A DNA stretch of 40,792 nt from an uncultured Muribaculaceae bacterium (lineage in GTDB: Bacteria; Bacillota_I; Bacilli_A; RF39; UBA660). Below the pieces are notes generated by a model that had not been told where the DNA came from, searched no databases, and saw only the letters and a list, made by a program, of their open reading frames with translations. Location: NCBI GenBank assembly GCA_964389735.1, contig CAYMEJ010000003.1, positions 1-40,792 of the forward strand, in the 5' to 3' direction. Position numbers and translations under genes: made by a program. This document shows positions 17,687 to 25,816 of the stretch, in pieces; within the stretch, counting starts at the first letter, position 1, and the number at the start of each line of letters is the position of its first letter.

Positions 17687-19470
17687 TAGATATAAAAACA
17701 CAAGTAGCTCCTAAAGGACTACAATTTAATCCAAGTGATTTCTTTATTAGTGATAAGTATGCGACTATTTTGACAGTTGTATCATATCCTAAATATATTT
17801 CACCAGGTTTTCTATCTTCACTTACTAGCATGTCTGGTATTAAGATAGTTATTAAACACATTCCTGTACCTTTTTCTACAATGTCTAAAATGTTAAATAA
17901 GCAAATTGCTGAATTAAAAGTTAGATATCAAGAAGAAAAAGATCAAACTATGAAAGAACGTATAAGACAAGATGCTGAATCTTTGGAATATTTTATTTCA
18001 ATGTTAGCAGGTTCACAAGCTAAAATATTTGATTTTCAAATGCATATTATGATTACTGCAGATACTAAAGAAGATTTGGAAATGAGAAAAATAAATGTTA
18101 AGAATTATTTGGACGCAATGCAATTAAAGGGAGTTGCTTTAAGATTTGAACAAGAAAAAGTTCTTAAATCAATAGTACCAATATTCCCTAAACAAGATAT
18201 TGAAGAAAGAATAGGAACTCCAATTCCTTCTCCAACAATTGCTGCAATGTATCCATTTATATTTGATAGTATTAAAGATCCGGGTCTTTCTACATTGCTT
18301 GGTGTAGATTTCTCAGGTGGGGTTATTTTATTTAATCAATTCTTATATCAAATTAAGAAAGAAAATAACAGAAATAATGCTAATATGATTATACTTGGTA
18401 CTTCAGGTAGTGGTAAATCTACTGCTGCTAAATTAATGATGAGAAGTAATATTCGTAATGGTAATCAAATTGTTGCAATTGACCCTGAAAATGAACTTGA
18501 AGATATGACTAAGGCTTATGGTGGTGAAACTATTGATCTTGGTAAGGGTGGAGAATATGGTATGATTAATCCACTACAAATTGTAATGGATTCTGATGAA
18601 GAAGAAATTTCTCAAGGACTTGGTTATACAATCCTTACCAGAACACTACAATTCTTAAAAGGATTTATGAAGTATTATGATCCTTCTATTACTGAAGATG
18701 TATTAACATTATTTAGTGAAGTTGTACAAGATACTTATAGAAGATTTGGTATTGATTTTAATACTGATTTTACTAAACATAAAGCAGCGGATTTTCCGAC
18801 GTTCTCTGATGTGTATGCTACTATAAAAGGTCGTTTATTATCAATGACTGATCGTACACAAGAACGTGATATAATGGAAAGACTAGAACTTAAAATTAGA
18901 CCAATTACACAAGAATTAAAATATTATTTTGATGGGCATACAACAATTGATTCAAATACAGATTTTATAGTATTTAATATAAAAGAGTTAATGAATTCTG
19001 ATGAAAATATACGTAATGCATTATTCTTCAATGTACTTAAGTATGCATGGGGATTATGTCTTGATAAATCAGTTAATACATTATTGATGGTTGATGAAGC
19101 CCATGTACTTTTAGCAGGTAATAATGCATTAGGAGCAGATTTCTTAGGACAAGTTCAAAGACGTGCTCGTAAGTATAATACTGGTTCAATTATAATAACT
19201 CAACAACCTAGTGACTTTGCTGATCCTGCTGTTATAACACAAGGTAAAGCGATATTTGATAATGCATCTTATTATTTAATAATGGGATTAAAGAAACAAG
19301 CAACTGAAGATTTATCATTATTAATAGATTTAAATGAGAATGAAAAGGAAAGTATTAAACGTTATTCACAAGGTGAAGCTCTATTTGTATGTGGAGATAG
19401 ACGTATGAGAATAAATGTTATTTTATCAAATGAAGAATTAGAATCATTTGGTAGTGGTGGAGGATTCTAG
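17683..19470 (+). CDS. virB4: VirB4-family T4SS ATPase (central and C-terminal ATPase part).
   Basis: Walker A is IILGTSGSGKSTAAK, Walker B LLMVDEAHVLL. IIITQQPSDF is present, and the N-terminal block is APKGLQFNPSDFFISDKYATILTVVSYPKYISPGFLSSL. Confidence 0.9.
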   Translation: MIDIKTQVAPKGLQFNPSDFFISDKYATILTVVSYPKYISPGFLSSLTSMSGIKIVIKHIPVPFSTMSKMLNKQIAELKVRYQEEKDQTMKERIRQDAESLEYFISMLAGSQAKIFDFQMHIMITADTKEDLEMRKINVKNYLDAMQLKGVALRFEQEKVLKSIVPIFPKQDIEERIGTPIPSPTIAAMYPFIFDSIKDPGLSTLLGVDFSGGVILFNQFLYQIKKENNRNNANMIILGTSGSGKSTAAKLMMRSNIRNGNQIVAIDPENELEDMTKAYGGETIDLGKGGEYGMINPLQIVMDSDEEEISQGLGYTILTRTLQFLKGFMKYYDPSITEDVLTLFSEVVQDTYRRFGIDFNTDFTKHKAADFPTFSDVYATIKGRLLSMTDRTQERDIMERLELKIRPITQELKYYFDGHTTIDSNTDFIVFNIKELMNSDENIRNALFFNVLKYAWGLCLDKSVNTLLMVDEAHVLLAGNNALGADFLGQVQRRARKYNTGSIIITQQPSDFADPAVITQGKAIFDNASYYLIMGLKKQATEDLSLLIDLNENEKESIKRYSQGEALFVCGDRRMRINVILSNEELESFGSGGGF

Positions 19471-19504
19471 AAAAACAACAAAGCAGTTTAGGTGGTGATT
19501 ATCA

Positions 19505-22354
19505 ATGGCTGAAGACAAAAATGAAGCATCTAATTCAGGTCAATCTGAAAAAGATAAGACTAAAGAAAATTCGAAAAAATTAATCCAAGGAGCTGAAAAA
19601 GGTGCTGCTATGTATTTTGGTGGAGCTGCTGGTTCACAAGCACTTAATGCTGCAAAAAATTCACCTATTGGTGGTGCAATCGATAAAGTAGAAGACAAGG
19701 CTGCTGAAGGACTTTCAAAAGCAATGGACAAAAATCCTGCATTAAAACATATGGTTAATAAAGCTGGAGATAGTGGAGCACTGGATGCAGCTAATAAAGG
19801 ACTTGATGCTGCTGGAAGTATGGGTGCAGGAGGTGGAGGAGCCGCTGGAGCAGGTGGAGCTGCTGGTGGTTCTTCTTCTATGCCTTCATCTTTTGGTCCA
19901 TCATCCGAATTTGGAAAACAATCTGTATTAAATGACGGACAACAAGGTGCTTCAGGAGATGCTTCATCACAAATGATGTCTAAAATGACAGGTGGTGGAG
20001 GGGGTTCATCATCATCTTCTGGTGGAAGTGCTAGTGGTCAAGCAGGTGCTGATGCTGATGTATCAGGGACTTCATCATCTGCTGCTAATTCAATTTTTGA
20101 TTTTATAAAGAAACATAAATTTGAACTTATAGGTGCTGTTGCTGTAGCATTTATGTTTATATTAGTTATTATTGTTGTTCTTGCTATCTTTGTTGCACCT
20201 TTATCTGCTGTAATAGGTAAGATTAAGGGTTGGTTTGATGGATTTGTAGATAAATGGGATAGAGAAGCAGAGGAACAATATTATGAAACATTAAAAGAAG
20301 TTCAAGAAAAAATTAACGAACGTTATAAGGTTTGTATTGATGTTAATTTAGTTACTGCAACTTTGTTTGTTGATAGACAAAAAAATGAATATAATGTTCA
20401 AGGCGCAGAAGATGTAGCCGGTGAGGCAGAATTTGACAGAGCTTACTATAAAAAAGCAACCAAGGAAATTGAATTATTATCATTAATGCAGATAAAAAGA
20501 CAATGGAAATCTTATTCTACTTATGAAGGTGGACAGGGTGGAGCGTGTTGGCCTCCTGATAGTCCGGATGAATGTGTAAAAGGTGGTTTGGCTATAAAAG
20601 CTACTGCTGAAAATGAACATTGTGGATTTGGGCCAAGTTTTTATAATACTCTTTTCTTAGAAGGAACAGATAGTGTTTCAAAAGCAAAATTTAGAGATAG
20701 TTCTAATTTAAGATTAGTTTCTCGAAATGATGTTTCAAAAACTTTTGCTTTTACAATAGATTCTAAAATTGCAAAATCAGAAAAAAATTATGAATATTTT
20801 TTATATTTTCCTGATTATGATTGGATTGATTATAATAAGGATGGTGTTCAACAAGAGGAAGAACTTAAATGTAATCCGGTAGAACCGTATGAGGCTGCAA
20901 TAGTTCTTGCAAATAATGATATTAATGAGGCTCCTTATGAGGCTGAACTATCTATTGAAAGAGAAGAAGTATTTTGGTGGAATATATATGAAAGTTTTGT
21001 TGGAGATTATTATGCAGATTTCTTACCACCTGAAGAGGTAGATGATAAAGGTGCACCAGTAGGTAAATATGCTGAAGCTATTGAAAAGATAGTAAAAGAT
21101 GTTTATTTAACATATAAAGATATGGGACCTAGTCATTATTGTACTGAGTCTAATACATATTGTCGTACTGATACTGCTCCTGGTACAGGCGGTGGTACTG
21201 GTGGAGGTACACCTAATCCTACTAGACAAGGGTTTATTGATAGTATTTCACAATTAGCTGTTGATGAAATGTCAAGAACTGGTGTATTAGCTTCCGTTAC
21301 TATAGCTCAAGCAGTGCTTGAAAGTAGAAATGGAGCTAGTGGTTTATCTACGAAATATGCTAACTACTTTGGTATGACAGGTGGAAGTTGTACTAAAAAT
21401 GCTGATTTGAGTAGAAGTATTCTTGCTCCAGGAGAAGGTGGAAATAATTGTTCTCCTAATGCATATTGGTCTGGTACAATTGTTAGAATGTGTAACTCAT
21501 CAGGTGGAGATTGTCAATGGTATAGAGCTTATGACACTATGGAAAATTCATTTAAGGATCATTCTAGACTTTTGGCAACTGATTTATATGGTGTAGCTGG
21601 TATTACAGACTATAGAACTGTTACTGCTATGATTGGTGGTAAGTATGCTACTGATGGTAGTTATGAACAAAAATTAAATGAAATGATTGAAACTTATAAT
21701 TTAACTCAATTTGATATTGGTACTTGGGATGGTGTTGCACCAACAGTTCCAGATACTCCTCAATATACAATGTGTAATGATGTTGTTGGTGGAACTGGTG
21801 GTACTCAACCTGGTACAAGTCCTGGTTATTCAACTGGAGGAAGTACTTGTAAAGATGGTTTAGGTTCTTCATCAAGTCCATATTGGAGTTCGCTAAATAG
21901 TTTTAATAGTCCACAATGTACATGGTATGCATATGGAAGAGCAATAAAAGCATTAGTTGATTCTGGTTTGACTAAACAACAGGCAACTAAATTAATGTAT
22001 ACTGCTTTAGATAGGGCTAATTTAAATGGTGATGCTGGTAATTGGTATAATCTTAATGCATCAACTAAAACTTTTGATGCAACTACGAATGTTAACGTTC
22101 CAAGGGCTGGTTCAATTATTGTTTGGACTCAACAAGGTTATCATGGTCACGTTGCGTTTATTGAAAGTGTTAATTATAATTCTGATGGTTCTGTAAAGAG
22201 TCTTAATATTACTGAAGGTAATGTTTCATATAATGGAACAACTTTAAAATGTTATGCTAGAACTGTTGGTTTAGATTATGTAACTGAACATTATAGTTCT
22301 AAACGTAGTTCACCTTATAAATTTGCAGGATATATACATTTATTTGGTAATTAG
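19505..22354 (+). CDS. Bifunctional T4SS-associated peptidoglycan hydrolase (glucosaminidase/lysozyme-like plus CHAP), a VirB1/PrgK/TcpG analog.
   Basis: The first ~200 aa form a polar, Gly/Ala/Ser-rich region. A TM segment follows (ELIGAVAVAFMFILVIIVVLAIFVAPL). The glucosaminidase block is GFIDSISQLAV...ASVTIAQAVLESRNGASGLSTKYANYFGM. The CHAP domain carries Cys in SPQCTWYAYGR and His in GYHGHVAFIESV. Confidence 0.85.
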   Translation: MAEDKNEASNSGQSEKDKTKENSKKLIQGAEKGAAMYFGGAAGSQALNAAKNSPIGGAIDKVEDKAAEGLSKAMDKNPALKHMVNKAGDSGALDAANKGLDAAGSMGAGGGGAAGAGGAAGGSSSMPSSFGPSSEFGKQSVLNDGQQGASGDASSQMMSKMTGGGGGSSSSSGGSASGQAGADADVSGTSSSAANSIFDFIKKHKFELIGAVAVAFMFILVIIVVLAIFVAPLSAVIGKIKGWFDGFVDKWDREAEEQYYETLKEVQEKINERYKVCIDVNLVTATLFVDRQKNEYNVQGAEDVAGEAEFDRAYYKKATKEIELLSLMQIKRQWKSYSTYEGGQGGACWPPDSPDECVKGGLAIKATAENEHCGFGPSFYNTLFLEGTDSVSKAKFRDSSNLRLVSRNDVSKTFAFTIDSKIAKSEKNYEYFLYFPDYDWIDYNKDGVQQEEELKCNPVEPYEAAIVLANNDINEAPYEAELSIEREEVFWWNIYESFVGDYYADFLPPEEVDDKGAPVGKYAEAIEKIVKDVYLTYKDMGPSHYCTESNTYCRTDTAPGTGGGTGGGTPNPTRQGFIDSISQLAVDEMSRTGVLASVTIAQAVLESRNGASGLSTKYANYFGMTGGSCTKNADLSRSILAPGEGGNNCSPNAYWSGTIVRMCNSSGGDCQWYRAYDTMENSFKDHSRLLATDLYGVAGITDYRTVTAMIGGKYATDGSYEQKLNEMIETYNLTQFDIGTWDGVAPTVPDTPQYTMCNDVVGGTGGTQPGTSPGYSTGGSTCKDGLGSSSSPYWSSLNSFNSPQCTWYAYGRAIKALVDSGLTKQQATKLMYTALDRANLNGDAGNWYNLNASTKTFDATTNVNVPRAGSIIVWTQQGYHGHVAFIESVNYNSDGSVKSLNITEGNVSYNGTTLKCYARTVGLDYVTEHYSSKRSSPYKFAGYIHLFGN

Positions 22355-22364
22355 AGGAGGAAAT

Positions 22365-23039
22365 ATGAAGAAAAAATTATTATTTATATTACTTTTTCCA
22401 TTATTTTTAACTGGTTGTTCAACAAATTATTATATGGAAATATATAATGATAAAATAAATGAAGAATATACAATAAATTTTGGATCAGATGAAGTAGGTA
22501 ATTTAACTCCTCTTAATTATGCAAATCAAACATTATATGATTATTTTGGTAATTGCGATGATATAGGAATGAGAAAATTTAAGAATATGTCTGAAGGATA
22601 TGGAATTCAATCTTCTAATTCATATAATTATAAAGAATTTAAATCAAATTTAATAGGGATAAAGCAATGTTATAATGTAGTAGATTTTGCTTATAATACT
22701 AAATATATTGCAATTGCTACTACTAATCAATTCAAGTGTTATGAAATATTTGAAAATATGGAAAAATTAACTATTAATATTAAATCTAATCATAAAATGA
22801 TTGAAAATAATGCTGATAGTGTTAAGAATAATACTTATACTTGGAATATTAGTAAGTACAATGCAGACAATAAACCTATAAAAATTAAATTTTCTAAAGA
22901 TAAATATGTTTTTAACTATAATGGTGAATTTACAAAAAAAGTTATTTACATTGCTGTAATATCAGGTATAATATTAAGTGTTGGTTTATCAATAAGAGGT
23001 TATTTTAAACATAAAAGTAAATTAGCTAATAAAATATAA
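22365..23039 (+). CDS. Lipoprotein with an additional C-terminal TM segment and a basic tail; T4SS-associated, function unknown.
   Basis: RBS GAGGAGG is followed by the ATG at 22365. The lipobox is MKKKLLFILLFPLFLTG|C. The C-terminus reads VIYIAVISGIILSVGLSIRGYFKHKSKLANKI. Confidence 0.7.
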   Translation: MKKKLLFILLFPLFLTGCSTNYYMEIYNDKINEEYTINFGSDEVGNLTPLNYANQTLYDYFGNCDDIGMRKFKNMSEGYGIQSSNSYNYKEFKSNLIGIKQCYNVVDFAYNTKYIAIATTNQFKCYEIFENMEKLTINIKSNHKMIENNADSVKNNTYTWNISKYNADNKPIKIKFSKDKYVFNYNGEFTKKVIYIAVISGIILSVGLSIRGYFKHKSKLANKI

Positions 23040-23052
23040 GTTTAATATAAAC

Positions 23053-23100
23053 ACAATATAACAATATAACAATATAACAATATAACAATATAACAATATA
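23053..23100. repeat. Perfect tandem repeat: six copies of the 8-bp unit ACAATATA.
   Basis: Read directly: ACAATATA x 6 with no mismatch, preceded by a partial AATATAA at 23044-23050. The array lies in the 82-bp gap between the lipoprotein gene and the coupling-protein gene, 21 bp upstream of the ATG at 23122. Confidence 0.95.
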
Positions 23101-23121
23101 AGCTGAAAGAAGGTTTTAACT

Positions 23122-25407
23122 ATGAAATTAAAATTAAGAGCAGATGCACAAGATTTATTAATATTTTTTGTTTTTGCAATATTTCTTTTATATGTTGTTG
23201 CTTTAGGAGTTCTTAATTTTCCTGAATTAGCATCATCTGGACATTTTTATGGTTTAAATCCTTTTCCTGCTTTTGAAAGTGATAAAATAGTTGCAACTTT
23301 AGTGTTTTACATAATATTCTTAGCTGCTATTATTATGAGTGTAAGTTCTTATTTCTTTGAATTTGATAAAGGTGTAGGAATTTCTACTGATAAAAAGGAT
23401 AAAGGATATAGTAGATGGGCGAAAGATAAAGAAATTAAATTTGATGAAGGAATGGCTAAGGTTGATCCTCATGCTGAAACATCAAATGCTGGTGGGGTTC
23501 CGTTAATATTAAAAAAAGATGAAGTATGGGTAGATAATAAAGAATATCATACTTTAGTAATAGGTGCTACTGGTTCTGGTAAAACACAAACTGTTATTTT
23601 ACCAACTGTTAAAATTTTAGCAAAAGCTGGAGAATCTATGATAATTACCGATCCAAAAGGTGAAATTTATGAAAAAACTGGTAATATGTTACGTGCTAAA
23701 GGTTATAATATATTATTGTTAAATTTCCGTGATCCTCAAAAAGGTAATTCTTGGAATCCGATGTCTTTGCCTTATGAATTATATAAAGCTGGTAATACTG
23801 ATAAAGCTATAGAGTTATTAGATGATTTGGCTGCTAACATTTTGTATGATGAAAGCAGTAAGAATAGTGATCCATTCTGGGAAAAAACATCAGCAGATTA
23901 TTTTTCTGGATTAGCTTTAGGTTTATTTGAGGATGCAAATCCGGATGAGATTAATATTAATAGTATTAATTTAATGTCTACTGTAGGTGAAGAAAAATTT
24001 GGTGGATCATTATTTATAAAAGAATATTTTGCTGCTAAAGATCCTAATAGTGCAGCATACATAAATGCAAATGGTACAGTAATGGCACCAACTGAAACAA
24101 AAGGTGGTATTTTATCTGTATTTAGACAAAAAATTAAATTATTTGCATCACGTGAAAATTTAAGTGAAATGTTATCTTATAGTGATATAAGTTTGGAATC
24201 AATAGGTGAACAAAAGACAGCATTATTTATTATTGTTCAAGATGAAAAGAAAACATATCATTCACTTGTTACAATACTATTAAAACAATGTTATGAAACT
24301 TTAATTGGTGTTGCTCAAAAGAATGGTGGTAAACTTCCAATAAGAACTAATTTCTTATTAGATGAGTTTGCTAATATGCCTCCTTTAAAAGATATTACTA
24401 CAATGATTACTGCAGCTCGTTCTAGAGCTATTAGATTTACTATGATTGTACAAAACTTTGCTCAATTAGACCAAGTTTATGGTAAAGAAGAATCAGAAAC
24501 TATTCGTGGTAACTGTGGTAATACAATTTATTTAATTACTACTGAATTAAAAGCATTGGAAGAGATTAGTAAGATGTGTGGTGAAGTTAAATCTAAAAAG
24601 GATGATAAAACCGCTTCAACACCACTTGTTACTGTAAGTGATCTTCAACGTATGAAACAATTTGAAACAATTATTTTAAGAATTCGTAAACAACCTTTTA
24701 AAACAAAAATGGTACCAGATTATCAAATGGATTGGGGTAAGGAGTATGAAATACCTTCTGAATATCCAGCAAGAGAAAAAAGACCTGTTCATACATTTGA
24801 TTTAAAAGAATTTGTAAAAGCACAAAAGAAAAATAAATTATTTGAAATGATGGATGAAGCAAGTAATGGAAGTAAACCTCAAGGTTCTGGTAATAGTCCA
24901 TTTCCAAGTATGATGACTTCTAATATGCCACCTAGAAATAGTCAACCTGAAAAAGCATCTAATGATTTATTTAATGTTGATGATTTAGTAAAGAAAATAG
25001 ATGCTAAAATTGCAGAGATAGAAGCTGAAGAAAAGCGTAAAAAAGAAGAGAAAACTAGTAAAGTTTCTCCAGTTATTGAAGAGAAAAAGATTGAAGAAAT
25101 TGAACCAAATGTTAAAATTGAAAAAACAACTATCAAAGATTTTGATGATACAAAAGATAATGACATTACTGATATACCAATTTCAACAAAAATTAGTGAT
25201 GAACCTAAAATGGATATTAGTCAATTGTTAGGTACAATGGAACATAGTGATCCTAATATAGATAGTAAACCAATCGAAGAGGTTGTTGAACCAAAAGAAG
25301 AAGTAAAAACAGTTGATGATAAAAAAATTATTCATGAAGAAAACATACCAGTACGTGAAATATCTGTTACTGATGATCAATTCTTTGATGATTTCTTTGA
25401 TGATTAA
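23122..25407 (+). CDS. virD4: VirD4/TraG-family type IV coupling protein with a long charged C-terminal tail.
   Basis: Two N-terminal TM helices. Walker A is LVIGATGSGKTQTVILP, followed by ITDPKGEIY. Walker B is NFLLDEFANMP. Also present are RFTMIVQNFAQL and a ~170-aa K/E/D-rich tail ending DDQFFDDFFDD. Confidence 0.9.
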   Translation: MKLKLRADAQDLLIFFVFAIFLLYVVALGVLNFPELASSGHFYGLNPFPAFESDKIVATLVFYIIFLAAIIMSVSSYFFEFDKGVGISTDKKDKGYSRWAKDKEIKFDEGMAKVDPHAETSNAGGVPLILKKDEVWVDNKEYHTLVIGATGSGKTQTVILPTVKILAKAGESMIITDPKGEIYEKTGNMLRAKGYNILLLNFRDPQKGNSWNPMSLPYELYKAGNTDKAIELLDDLAANILYDESSKNSDPFWEKTSADYFSGLALGLFEDANPDEININSINLMSTVGEEKFGGSLFIKEYFAAKDPNSAAYINANGTVMAPTETKGGILSVFRQKIKLFASRENLSEMLSYSDISLESIGEQKTALFIIVQDEKKTYHSLVTILLKQCYETLIGVAQKNGGKLPIRTNFLLDEFANMPPLKDITTMITAARSRAIRFTMIVQNFAQLDQVYGKEESETIRGNCGNTIYLITTELKALEEISKMCGEVKSKKDDKTASTPLVTVSDLQRMKQFETIILRIRKQPFKTKMVPDYQMDWGKEYEIPSEYPAREKRPVHTFDLKEFVKAQKKNKLFEMMDEASNGSKPQGSGNSPFPSMMTSNMPPRNSQPEKASNDLFNVDDLVKKIDAKIAEIEAEEKRKKEEKTSKVSPVIEEKKIEEIEPNVKIEKTTIKDFDDTKDNDITDIPISTKISDEPKMDISQLLGTMEHSDPNIDSKPIEEVVEPKEEVKTVDDKKIIHEENIPVREISVTDDQFFDDFFDD

Positions 25408-25431
25408 GAGTAGAGTTTCTACTCTTTTTTT
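25407..25431 (+). terminator. Rho-independent terminator closing the T4SS block.
   Basis: AGAGTAGA (25407-25414), a GTT loop, TCTACTCT (25418-25425), then TTTTTT. Confidence 0.7.
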
Positions 25432-25442
25432 CATATAATATA

Positions 25443-25760
25443 ATGGTGATAAATAATATGTATGAATCAATTGATATTAATGATATTGATAATATAACAA
25501 TCCAAGATAATTTGATTGATATTAGAGATAGTTATGAATTTGTTATTTCTTCAATTAAAGGATCAATTAATATTCCATATAATCTACTTTTGATGAATCC
25601 AAGTGATTATTTAGATAATGATAAGAAGTATTTTATTTATTGTAAAACAGGTAACAAAAGTAGAAGGTTATGTATGTCTTTAGTTGAAGATGGATATAAT
25701 GTGGTAGATTTAATAGGTGGATATAATAAATATACAGAAAAAAATAAGGTGGAGTTTTAA
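25443..25760 (+). CDS. Single-domain rhodanese-like sulfurtransferase.
   Basis: LIDIRDSYEFVISSIKGSINIPY...KKYFIYCKTGNKSRRL...LIGGYNKY contains the active-site Cys loop CKTGNKS. The true start may be the ATG at 25458. Confidence 0.8.
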   Translation: MVINNMYESIDINDIDNITIQDNLIDIRDSYEFVISSIKGSINIPYNLLLMNPSDYLDNDKKYFIYCKTGNKSRRLCMSLVEDGYNVVDLIGGYNKYTEKNKVEF

Positions 25761-25816
25761 CTCCTTTTTCTTTTATTATTTGTTTAATTGTATTATAATA
25801 TATAGTAGGTGAAAAT

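Larger units (their letters stand above)
766..25431 (+). mobile_element. Putative conjugation-type (T4SS) plus Tad-like pilus plus adhesin/sortase gene block. The ends and mobility are not defined in this window.
   Basis: 21 co-directional genes with short gaps or overlaps. VirB4, VirD4, VirB6-like, VirB2-like, VirB3-like and cell-wall hydrolase hallmarks are present. The block is closed by a hairpin terminator. No relaxase or integrase is seen. Confidence 0.45.

Noticed and set aside
15118-17861. ORFs 15118-15381(-), 16548-16853(+), 16595-16816(-) and 17655-17861(-).
   Set aside because: All are nested in or antisense to the VirB6-like and VirB4 genes, which have strong motif support. They show no independent signals.
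19540-19731. 63-aa minus-strand ORF rich in Ala/Pro/Ser; also 21648-21881(-).
   Set aside because: This is the antisense reading of the Gly/Ala-rich part of the hydrolase gene (GGT/GCT codons read backwards as Pro/Ala/Ser). It is not an independent gene.
23053-23100. The tandem repeat as a CRISPR array or as coding sequence.
   Set aside because: The 8-bp units have no spacers, so this is not a CRISPR array. The array is intergenic, is not a multiple of 3 per unit, and contains stop codons in the reading frames.
24698-25470. Minus-strand ORFs 24698-24907, 24942-25166 and 25228-25470.
   Set aside because: They are antisense shadows of the charged C-terminal tail of the coupling-protein gene. 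The last one would have to run through the terminator hairpin.
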